Shown here one piece after another: positions 29,374 to 37,479 of a stretch of 64,000 nucleotides of DNA. The notes beneath the pieces are model-generated. The model saw only the letters and a list, made by a program, of their open reading frames with translations, ran no database searches and was not told where the DNA came from. Origin of the DNA: an uncultured bacterium. GTDB lineage: Bacteria > Methylomirabilota > Methylomirabilia > Rokubacteriales > DASRDR01. The translations under genes were made by a program, and so were the position numbers. The stretch lies in contig CAYXBJ010000126.1 in NCBI GenBank assembly GCA_964463175.1, positions 940 through 64,939 on the forward strand, given 5' to 3'. Position 1 is the first letter of the stretch. Every line of letters starts with the position of its first letter.

Positions 29374-30210
29374 CTACGCGCCCCGATCGCTGCGCGCCAA
29401 CCCGGGCGGCGCCTCAGTGGGCGTGAGCGGACCCTCGCCGGTCGGGCGCCAAATCTTCCAGGGCGTCCTCTGGGCGGCCTCCATCTCCTGCAGCACCTGC
29501 CAGTCCCTCGGCGTGTCCATGCATGCCCAGAACCCGTCGTGCGCGTGGGCGAAGAGCTGCCGCTCGGATACGAGGCGCGGGAACAGACCGTCGACCAGAT
29601 CCTCACCGGGAGCCAGCCACTCGAAGATCTCGGGCCGGAACACGAAGAAGCCCCCGTTGACCCGGAGGCCGCACTCCGCCGCCGAGCGCACGCTCTCCAC
29701 CAGCCCCCGGCGATCCGCGAGGACGAGATGGTGAGTCGAGGGCGGGCGCACCGTGATCAGGCCGCCCAGCGCGCCGCTCGCCTGGAACCGCGCGATGAAG
29801 GTCGGGAGGTCGAGGTCGGACAGCCCGTCGGCGTAGTTGGCGAGGAACGTCGCTCCATCGAGATACCCCCGAACGGCCCGGAGGCGCTCGCCGATGCTGG
29901 CGTGGAGGCCGGTCGGGACGAGGGTGACGGTCGCTTCGCCGTGGACATCGTGCCGGACCCGTACCCGGCGCACGCCGCCGGTCAGCGACTCCACGGCGAC
30001 AGGGTCCAGGTCCCGCAGGAAATAGTCCGCGATCCGGTGCCCGCCGTGCCCCAGGCACACGACGAACTCTCGGTGCCCGTGGTGCGTGTACCAGCGCATG
30101 AGGTGCGTCAGGATGGGCTGGCCACCGATCGGCACGAGAGGCTTCGGCACGCCGGGGAGAGACGCCTGCAGGCGAATCCCCTGCCCGCCGCAGAACAGGA
30201 CGACCGTCAC
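29374..30210 (-). CDS. rfbF: Glucose-1-phosphate cytidylyltransferase-like nucleotidyltransferase
   Basis: LFCGGQG.RL, PKPLVPIG, NYADGLSD, VNGGFFVF, HDGFW.CMDT.RD. Confidence 0.85.
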   Translation of the reverse strand: MTVVLFCGGQGIRLQASLPGVPKPLVPIGGQPILTHLMRWYTHHGHREFVVCLGHGGHRIADYFLRDLDPVAVESLTGGVRRVRVRHDVHGEATVTLVPTGLHASIGERLRAVRGYLDGATFLANYADGLSDLDLPTFIARFQASGALGGLITVRPPSTHHLVLADRRGLVESVRSAAECGLRVNGGFFVFRPEIFEWLAPGEDLVDGLFPRLVSERQLFAHAHDGFWACMDTPRDWQVLQEMEAAQRTPWKIWRPTGEGPLTPTEAPPGLARSDRGA

Positions 30211-30270
30211 GATGCCGTTCGGCGCCTGGAAGTCACCGCGGATTCAGTCGCGCTCGCCTGGCCGCGACGC

Positions 30271-30801
30271 TCAGCCATGGAAATCCGGGAAAGACCGGTC
30301 GCGGTCGGAGACGAGACGGACGCACTCGGGCCACGGAATGGCGAACGCCGGGTCGTCCCAGCGGACGCCCCGCTCGGCGTCCGCCCGGTAGGACTCCGAC
30401 ATCTGGTACGTGACCTCGGTGCCGTCCAGGAGCGTCTGGAAGCCGTGTGCCATTCCCTCGGGGACGTACAGCATCCGGTAAGATCCCTCGCGGAGCTCCA
30501 CCGCGAAGTGCTGCCGGAAGGTAGGCGAGTGAGGCCGGAGGTCGATGATCACGTCGTGGACGGCGCCACGGACACAGCGCACCAGCTTCGCCTCCTGATG
30601 AGGCGCGCCTCGATAGTGCATCCCGCGCACCGTGCCCCGGTGCTCGGTGAAGGACACGCTGCACTGCACGAGGGCCGGGTTGAGGCCCCGCGCGGCGAAC
30701 TCCTCGCGGCACCACGTGCGCGCGAAGAATCCTCGGACGTCCCGATGCGGCTCGAGCTCCACGGTGAACGCCCCGGTCAGCGGGGTCGGCGTGAACACCA
30801 C
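30271..30801 (-). CDS. rfbC: NDP-4-keto-6-deoxyhexose 3,5-epimerase (RmlC family)
   Basis: DVRGFFART, RGMHY, KLVRC.RG, DLR, GMAHGFQTL, GVRWDDP. Start GTG 30801, 7 nt after TATGCT (the track starts at 30813). Confidence 0.92.
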   Translation of the reverse strand: MVFTPTPLTGAFTVELEPHRDVRGFFARTWCREEFAARGLNPALVQCSVSFTEHRGTVRGMHYRGAPHQEAKLVRCVRGAVHDVIIDLRPHSPTFRQHFAVELREGSYRMLYVPEGMAHGFQTLLDGTEVTYQMSESYRADAERGVRWDDPAFAIPWPECVRLVSDRDRSFPDFHG

Positions 30802-30881
30802 GGCTGCGAGCATACACCGAAGCCCCTCCGCGCGCCGCGAGGTGGACGCGCGCGCGCTGCGGCCGGCTCCGCGGCCGTGCG

Positions 30882-32435
30882 GTGACGGCGATCGGGCCCC
30901 CCGGCGAGCTGAGCGAGCCGCTCTCCGGCCGCACGTGGGAGCCGGCGACGATTCGCCGCCAGTGGCAGCGACGCGCCGCCGTCTATGGAGGCGCCGGCGT
31001 CGGGCGGGGCGACCTGGTTTTCCTGCACCACGGCAACACCCTCGAGTTCTTCGCCGACCTGCTGGCGCTCTGGTCGCTCGGAGCCGCCGCCGCGCCCGTG
31101 GACCCGCGACTCACGGGCTTCGAGATCGAGGCGCTGGCGCGGGCCACGCGGCCGCGGGCGACGCTGTGGCCGTCCCGGCCGCCGGCCGCCGTCGCGGCGA
31201 CGCTCGACGGGCTCGGCGCCGCGATCCTGGCAACGCCCAGGGCTGACGATCTCGGGGACGCTCCCGCTGACGCGGGCCATGCGCTCGAGAGCCTTGCCCC
31301 GGATGCGGATGCGCTCGTTCTGTTCACGTCCGGGACGACGGGCTCGCCGAAGGCCGTGGTCCACACGCACCGGTCGCTCCAGGCTCGGTGGACCGCCCTC
31401 CGGGCGCACGTCGGCCTGGACGACCTCCGTCGCACCCTCTGCCTCCTGCCCACGCACTTCGGCCACGGGCTCATCTGCAACGCCCTCTACCCCTGGCTGG
31501 GCGGGCAGCGCGTGGCTCTGCTCCCGCCCTTCAGATCCGACGTGATCCTCCAGCTCGGCGCCGTCGTGGACGAGCACGAGATCACCTTCCTCTCGTCCGT
31601 GCCGGCGCTCTGGCGGCTCGCCCTTCGCGTCGCCAGAGCGCCGCGCCGCGGGACCCTGAGGCGCGTCATCTGCGGGTCCGCGCCGCTGCCGGCCGTGATG
31701 TGGCGCGACATCGGCGAGTGGACGAGGACGGCGGCCGTGTCCAACGTCTACGGTCTCACCGAAACGGCCAGCTGGGTGGCGGGATCCGCGCCCGGCACCG
31801 CGCCGGAGGACGGCCTCATCGGCCATCCGTGGGGCGCGACGGTGCGAATCGGCGCCGAGCCGCCGACAGCCGCCGATGATCCGCGCGGCCGCGAGGCGGG
31901 AGCGCCCGATCAGGTGGGGCTCGTCTGGCTCCAGACGCCCGCGCTCATGCGCGGCTATCTCGGGCGCGACGATCTCACCGCCGACACGGTTCGACACGGG
32001 TGGTTCAGGACCGGCGACCTCGGATGCCTGGATTCCACGGGACGCCTCCATCTCCGGGGGCGAGAGCGAGATGAAATCAACCGCGGCGGGCTCAAGGTGT
32101 ACCCGTCGGACATCGAGGCCGTGGTGGAGCAGTTCGATGGCGCGCTCGACAGCTGCGCCTTCGGCTACGCGGGCGAGACCGGGGGCGACGAGGTGGCGCT
32201 CGCCGTCGTGCTGCGCGCCACCGACGTCGCCACGCTGCGCCGTCTCCACGCCTGGGTCCGGGAACGCCTGGCCGCGTACCAGCTGCCGCGGCGCTGGTTC
32301 GTCGTCGACGAGATCCCGCGCACCTCCCTCGGCAAGCCCCGGCGCGCCCAGATGGCGGCGCGCTGCGCGGATCTCCGGGCCGTGGATCCTCGCGATCTCG
32401 AGATGGACCACAGCGGAGGGCCGTGTGGCGCCTGA
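30882..32435 (+). CDS. AMP-forming acyl-CoA/acyl-ACP ligase
   Basis: FTSGTTGSPK, NVYGLTE, FRTGDLG, INRGG.KVYP..IE, TSLGK. Followed directly by an ACP. Confidence 0.9.
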   Translation: MTAIGPPGELSEPLSGRTWEPATIRRQWQRRAAVYGGAGVGRGDLVFLHHGNTLEFFADLLALWSLGAAAAPVDPRLTGFEIEALARATRPRATLWPSRPPAAVAATLDGLGAAILATPRADDLGDAPADAGHALESLAPDADALVLFTSGTTGSPKAVVHTHRSLQARWTALRAHVGLDDLRRTLCLLPTHFGHGLICNALYPWLGGQRVALLPPFRSDVILQLGAVVDEHEITFLSSVPALWRLALRVARAPRRGTLRRVICGSAPLPAVMWRDIGEWTRTAAVSNVYGLTETASWVAGSAPGTAPEDGLIGHPWGATVRIGAEPPTAADDPRGREAGAPDQVGLVWLQTPALMRGYLGRDDLTADTVRHGWFRTGDLGCLDSTGRLHLRGRERDEINRGGLKVYPSDIEAVVEQFDGALDSCAFGYAGETGGDEVALAVVLRATDVATLRRLHAWVRERLAAYQLPRRWFVVDEIPRTSLGKPRRAQMAARCADLRAVDPRDLEMDHSGGPCGA

Positions 32436-32724
32436 TCGGGCGGCGCTCCTGCGAGACCTCCGCGGGCTCATCACCCGGAGCACGCCGAGCCTGACCGGGA
32501 TCCTCGGGGACAATGCCCTGCTGATCAGCTCCGGCGTACTGGAGTCGGCGACGCTGGTCGACGTGGCCCTGTGGGTCGAGGACCACGTCGGCACGGAGAT
32601 CGATCTGGGAGCGTTCGATCTGGCCACCGAATGGGACTCGCTCAACGCGATCGTGGACTTCGTCGAGCGACGCACCGGACGGGCGGCACGATCGGCGGCC
32701 GAGGGCGCGTCCGACCGTGTATGA
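32425..32724 (+). CDS. Stand-alone acyl carrier protein
   Basis: LISSGVLESATLVDVALWVEDHVG.EI four-helix carrier pattern, Ser at 32545 (LES instead of the usual LDS), WDSLNAIVDFV. Overlaps the ligase stop. Confidence 0.8.
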   Translation: MAPDRAALLRDLRGLITRSTPSLTGILGDNALLISSGVLESATLVDVALWVEDHVGTEIDLGAFDLATEWDSLNAIVDFVERRTGRAARSAAEGASDRV

Positions 32725-33820
32725 GGTCGTGCCGTATCGTCGCGAATTCCGCGCCCAGGTCACCACGCTCCAGCACCATCTGTGGCGTGGCGGCCGGACC
32801 CGGAACACGGCGTATCTGGCGTGGAAGTACGAGCAGAACCCGTACCTGCCCGATCCCCTCATCTATCTGGCTCTCTATCGAGGACGTGTCGTGGGCATGC
32901 GCGGCGCCTTCGGATCGTGCTGGGAGGCCGGCCCGGATCGCCTCGTCGTGCCGTGCGCGGACGACTTCGTCATCGCGCCGGCACACCGCCAGCGCGGCCT
33001 GGTCGGACAGATCATGAGCGCGACGCTCGCCGATCTGGCCGCGCGGGGCCATCGCGTGGCGTTCAGTCTCAGCGCAGGTCCCGCCACGCTCGCGGGCTCC
33101 CTGGTCGGCGGGTGGAGATCCGTCGGCTCCGTCCGAGAGGTCTGCCGGGGCGGGCCGCCCCGCGCAGGCGTCCGGCGTCAGGCGAGCCGCGTGATCGCGT
33201 GGCTCGCGAGCCGCGGCTGGGACGGCGGCGTCGCCCGCCTCTGGCAGCGACCGTTCCGACGGCTTGATCGCGCCGCGCCACGCACGCCGTCCGGCGCCGT
33301 CTGGTGTGCCGCCGCGCCACGCCCCGAGGCAATGGCGGACGTCGTGGCCCGACAGTCCTACGACGGCCGGATCCGTCACGTGCGCGACGCGCGGTATCTC
33401 GCCTGGCGATTCGCGAATCCGCTCCACGAGTACCGCTTCCTCTTCGCGGGGGCGGACCGGCTCGCGGGCTACCTGGCTCTGCAGGCGTACCGGCCGTTCC
33501 CCGATCGGGGCGTCAACATCGTGGACTGGGAGGCGAGTGACCCCGCCGTCCGGCGCGATCTCCTCCGCGCGGCCATCGACTGGGGTGGCTTCGGCCAGCT
33601 GAGCCTGTGGTCCATGAGCCTCGATGCCGACACCCGAAGGCTGGTGGAGCACGCCGGCTTCGTGCCGGCCGCCCGCGAGCGCCTGGTCCGTCAAGGCCCG
33701 GCCCTCCTCGTGCGCGTGATCGGAAGCCCCCCGGACCGGGGCGCGCCCACGCTCGGCGCGCGGCCCCTCCTGGATCCAGGCGCGTGGGACCTGCGCATGC
33801 TCTACTCCATGGCGGGCTGA
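32717..33820 (+). CDS. GNAT-family acyltransferase (tandem GNAT, FemAB/Acetyltransf_6-like)
   Basis: [23 protein letters not shown] acyl-CoA motif A, second domain YLAWRF.NP..EY. Overlaps the ACP. Confidence 0.8.
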   Translation: MYEVVPYRREFRAQVTTLQHHLWRGGRTRNTAYLAWKYEQNPYLPDPLIYLALYRGRVVGMRGAFGSCWEAGPDRLVVPCADDFVIAPAHRQRGLVGQIMSATLADLAARGHRVAFSLSAGPATLAGSLVGGWRSVGSVREVCRGGPPRAGVRRQASRVIAWLASRGWDGGVARLWQRPFRRLDRAAPRTPSGAVWCAAAPRPEAMADVVARQSYDGRIRHVRDARYLAWRFANPLHEYRFLFAGADRLAGYLALQAYRPFPDRGVNIVDWEASDPAVRRDLLRAAIDWGGFGQLSLWSMSLDADTRRLVEHAGFVPAARERLVRQGPALLVRVIGSPPDRGAPTLGARPLLDPGAWDLRMLYSMAG

Positions 33821-33824
33821 GCCT

Positions 33825-34907
33825 ATGGGTTCCACTCCGCGCCGACCGGGCCGCCTGCTCGTCACTGGCCATCGCGGCTACATCGGGGCCGTGCTGGTGC
33901 CCATGCTGGAGAGCCTCGGTCACGAGGTGGTCGGCGTCGATTCGGAGCTATACCGCGGCTGCGACTTCAGACCCGTCGCCGCGGACCGGATCCCGATGCT
34001 CGCGGCCGACGTGCGCGATCTCCGCGCGGCGGATCTCGGCGGCGTCGAGGGCGTCATCCATCTGGCCGCCCTCTCCAACGATCCCCTGGGCGATCTCGAT
34101 CCCGCGGTGACCGACGAGATCAACCGCGCCGCCTCGGTGCGCCTGGCCCGGCTGGCCCGCGACGCCGGGGTCGCCCGCTATCTCTTCTCGTCGTCCTGCA
34201 GCAACTACGGGGCGGCCGGCGACACGCCGCTGGACGAGGACGGCCCTCTTCGGCCACTCACGCCCTACGCGATCTCCAAGGTCCAGGTGGAGCGCGAGGT
34301 CGCCGAGCTCGCCGACGCGGGGTTCAGTCCGACCTTCCTCAGGAACGCGACCGCCTACGGGGTCTCCCCGCGGCTCCGCCTGGATCTGGTCGTCAACGAT
34401 CTGACCGCCTGGGCCACGGTCACCGGACGCGTGCGCGTGCTCAGCGACGGCACGCCCTGGCGGCCGCTCGTCCACGTCGAGGACATCGCGCGCGCCTTCG
34501 TCGCGATCCTCTCGGCTCCTCGCGCGGCAGTCCACAACCAGGCGTTCAACGTGGGCCCTCCGGGCGAGAACTATCGGGTCCGCGACCTGGCGGAGATGGT
34601 CCGGAGCGAGGTGGCCGGCTCCGAGATCGAGTACGCGCCCGGCGGCGGGCCGGATCCCCGGAGCTATCGCGTCGACTTCGGGCGGATGGCCCGCGCCGTC
34701 CCGGACTTCGCGCCGCGGTGGACGGTGCGGGACGGCATCGCCCAGCTCGTCCGCGCTTTCCGGCACGCGGACCTCACCGCGGACGACCTCGAGTCCCCGC
34801 GCTACCGGCGGGTCCGCCGGGTGCGGCAGCTCCTGACCGACGGGACGCTGGACGCCCGTCTCCGCCGGCGTCATCCCGCACCGGCGACCTCGGGGGGCGC
34901 GCCGTGA
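33825..34907 (+). CDS. NAD-dependent epimerase/dehydratase (extended SDR)
   Basis: [50 protein letters not shown]. Confidence 0.92.
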   Translation: MGSTPRRPGRLLVTGHRGYIGAVLVPMLESLGHEVVGVDSELYRGCDFRPVAADRIPMLAADVRDLRAADLGGVEGVIHLAALSNDPLGDLDPAVTDEINRAASVRLARLARDAGVARYLFSSSCSNYGAAGDTPLDEDGPLRPLTPYAISKVQVEREVAELADAGFSPTFLRNATAYGVSPRLRLDLVVNDLTAWATVTGRVRVLSDGTPWRPLVHVEDIARAFVAILSAPRAAVHNQAFNVGPPGENYRVRDLAEMVRSEVAGSEIEYAPGGGPDPRSYRVDFGRMARAVPDFAPRWTVRDGIAQLVRAFRHADLTADDLESPRYRRVRRVRQLLTDGTLDARLRRRHPAPATSGGAP

Positions 34908-36160
34908 GCGCGACGACGGCGACGAGCAACGGCGGCGCCTGCCGCTTCTGCCGCGAGCCGCTGCGCCACACGCTCGTCGACCTGGGGGTCTCGCCGCTCT
35001 GCGAGTCCTTCGTCTCGCCGGGGGGGCTCAACGCGATGGAGCCCTTCTACCCGCTGCACGCCTACGTCTGTCATGGCTGCTGGCTCGTCCAGGTCCACGA
35101 GTACGTGCGCCCCGAGACCATCTTCACGGAGTACGCGTACTTCTCGTCCTACTCGGACTCCTGGCTTGCCCACGCCGCCGCCTACGTCGACCGGATCGTG
35201 TCGCGACTCGGGCTCGGGCCGCAGAGCCTGGTGATCGAGGTCGGCAGCAACGACGGATACCTGCTCCAGTACGTCGTCGCCCGCGGCATCCCGGCGCTGG
35301 GCGTCGAGCCGGCGCGGAACGTGGCCGCCGCCGCGATCGTGCGGGGCGTGACGACGATCACCGAGATGTTCGGGCGGCGGCTCGCCGAGACGCTGGTCGC
35401 CGAGGGACGGCGGGCGGACCTCCTGATCGGCAACAACGTGCTCGCCCAGGCGCCCGATCTCGACGACTTCGTCGGGGGCCTGGCCCTCGTGCTGGCCCCC
35501 ACCGGCGTCCTCACGCTGGAGTTCCCGCACCTCCTGCGCCTTCTCGAGGAAACCCAGTTCGACACCATCTACCACGAGCACTTCTCGTACTTCTCCCTGG
35601 GGACCGCGGCGCGGATCCTCCGCGCCCACGGGCTCGAGGTGTTCGACGTCGAGGAGCTCCCGACCCACGGAGGCTCGCTGCGCCTGTACGTCCAGCGCGC
35701 CGGGCTGGGAAGCCGTCCCGTCACGGACCCCGTGACGGCCCTGCTCGAGCGGGAGAAGGCCACGGGGCTCGAGGGGCTCGCGCCGTACGCCCGGTTCCAG
35801 GCTCAAGTCCGGGAGGCCAAGCTCGCGCTGCTCGAGTTCCTCATCGGCGCGCGACGGGCCGGGAAGCGGGTGGCCGGCTACGGGGCGCCCGGCAAGGGCA
35901 ACACCCTCCTGAACTACTGCGGGATCGGCAGCGATCTCGTCGAGTACACGGTGGATCGCAATCCTTACAAGCACGGGAAGTTCCTCCCGGGGAGCCGGAT
36001 CCCGATCTTCGCGCCCGATCACGTCATGGCGACGCGACCCGATTACCTCCTCATTCTCCCGTGGAACCTGCGGGCCGAGATCATGGCGCAGATGGCCGGG
36101 ATCCGCGCCTGGGGCGGACGCTTCGTGATCCCGATTCCCCGCGCGACCGTCTACCCATGA
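34904..36160 (+). CDS. NDP-hexose C-methyltransferase (Zn-binding, TcaB9/NovU-type)
   Basis: CRFC...CHGC zinc ligands, EVGSNDG SAM motif, [28 protein letters not shown]. Confidence 0.93.
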   Translation: MSATTATSNGGACRFCREPLRHTLVDLGVSPLCESFVSPGGLNAMEPFYPLHAYVCHGCWLVQVHEYVRPETIFTEYAYFSSYSDSWLAHAAAYVDRIVSRLGLGPQSLVIEVGSNDGYLLQYVVARGIPALGVEPARNVAAAAIVRGVTTITEMFGRRLAETLVAEGRRADLLIGNNVLAQAPDLDDFVGGLALVLAPTGVLTLEFPHLLRLLEETQFDTIYHEHFSYFSLGTAARILRAHGLEVFDVEELPTHGGSLRLYVQRAGLGSRPVTDPVTALLEREKATGLEGLAPYARFQAQVREAKLALLEFLIGARRAGKRVAGYGAPGKGNTLLNYCGIGSDLVEYTVDRNPYKHGKFLPGSRIPIFAPDHVMATRPDYLLILPWNLRAEIMAQMAGIRAWGGRFVIPIPRATVYP

Positions 36161-37440
36161 CGGGGAGCGTCGGCGCGGAGCTGCACCGCTGGATCCGGGA
36201 TCTCTACCCGATCGGGCGGAGCCTGACCGGGGACGGCGTCCGGGAAACGCTCCGCCGGCTCGGCGAGCTCCTTCCCCTCACGGTGCGCGAGGTGCCGTCG
36301 GGAACGCCGGTCCTCGACTGGACCGTGCCCTCCGAGTGGAACCTGCGGGACGCGTGGATCGAGAACTCCCGGGGCGAGCGCGTCGTCGACGCGCGCCGCT
36401 CGACGCTTCACGTGGTCGGCTACAGCCGGCCGGTGCGCGCGCGTCTCAGCCTGGCCGAGCTCCGGCCGCACCTGTTCTCGCTGCCCGCGCATCCCGACTG
36501 GATCCCTTACCGCACCTCGTACTACGCGGACGGCTGGGGGTTCTGCCTGAGCGAGCGACAGCTCGCCGCGCTTACCGACGACCGGTACGAGGTCTGCATC
36601 GACGCGACACTCCAGCCCGGTAGCCTCACCTACGGCGAGTGCGAGCTCCCGGGCGAGATCGGGGACGAGGTCCTCGTCTCGACGCACGTGTGCCATCCGT
36701 CCCTGTGCAACGACAACCTCTCGGGCATCGTGATCGCCGCGTTCCTCGGGCAGCGCCTGGCGGCCCGACGGCGGCGCCACACCTACCGCCTCCTGTTCGT
36801 CCCCGGCACCATCGGGTCCATCACGTGGCTCGCGCTGAACGAGTCCCGGCTCGACCGGATCGCGCACGGCCTGGTGCTGACCTGCCTCGGCGACGGCGGA
36901 TCGCCCACCTACAAGCGGAGCCGGCGGGGTGATGCGGCGATCGACCGGGCCGCCGCGCACGTGCTCGGCGCGCGAGGGCCCCATCAGGTCCTCGAGTTCA
37001 CCCCGTGGGGCTACGACGAGCGCCAGTACTGCTCGCCCGGGTTCGATCTGCCGGTCGGCTGCCTGATGCGCACGCCCCACGGGCAGTTCGCGGAGTACCA
37101 CACCTCCGCCGACGATCTCGACTTCGTGCAGCCGGAGGCCCTCGCAGACTCCCTCGAAGTCGCGACGGCCATCCTCGACCTGGTCGACCGGAACCGGGTC
37201 CTCGTGAACCGCCAGCCGAAGGGCGAGCCTCAGCTCGGCCGCCGCGGCCTCTATCCCGCGGTGGGCGGAGGGCCCCAGCGAGCCGAGCAGCTCGCCCTCC
37301 TGTGGGTCCTCAATCTGTCCGACGGACGGCACAGCCTGCTGGACATCGCCGAGCGCGCGGGAATTCCGTTCGATGCCGTCGACCGGGCCGCGGGCGCGCT
37401 CCTCGCGCACGGTCTTCTCGGCGAACGGCCCTCCGCGTGA
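36157..37440 (+). CDS. DUF4910/DUF2172 aminopeptidase(M28)-like protein with C-terminal wHTH
   Basis: RSLTGDGVR.TL, VP.EWN, HVVGYS, PY.TSYY, HVCHPSLCNDNLSG, PGTIGSI, DERQYCSPGFDLP, EYHTS.D, PQLGRRGLY. Confidence 0.9.
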   Translation: MTGSVGAELHRWIRDLYPIGRSLTGDGVRETLRRLGELLPLTVREVPSGTPVLDWTVPSEWNLRDAWIENSRGERVVDARRSTLHVVGYSRPVRARLSLAELRPHLFSLPAHPDWIPYRTSYYADGWGFCLSERQLAALTDDRYEVCIDATLQPGSLTYGECELPGEIGDEVLVSTHVCHPSLCNDNLSGIVIAAFLGQRLAARRRRHTYRLLFVPGTIGSITWLALNESRLDRIAHGLVLTCLGDGGSPTYKRSRRGDAAIDRAAAHVLGARGPHQVLEFTPWGYDERQYCSPGFDLPVGCLMRTPHGQFAEYHTSADDLDFVQPEALADSLEVATAILDLVDRNRVLVNRQPKGEPQLGRRGLYPAVGGGPQRAEQLALLWVLNLSDGRHSLLDIAERAGIPFDAVDRAAGALLAHGLLGERPSA

Positions 37441-37479
37441 CGAGAGGGCGCGCCCGCCGGCGGGAGGCGGGGGCGCGCG

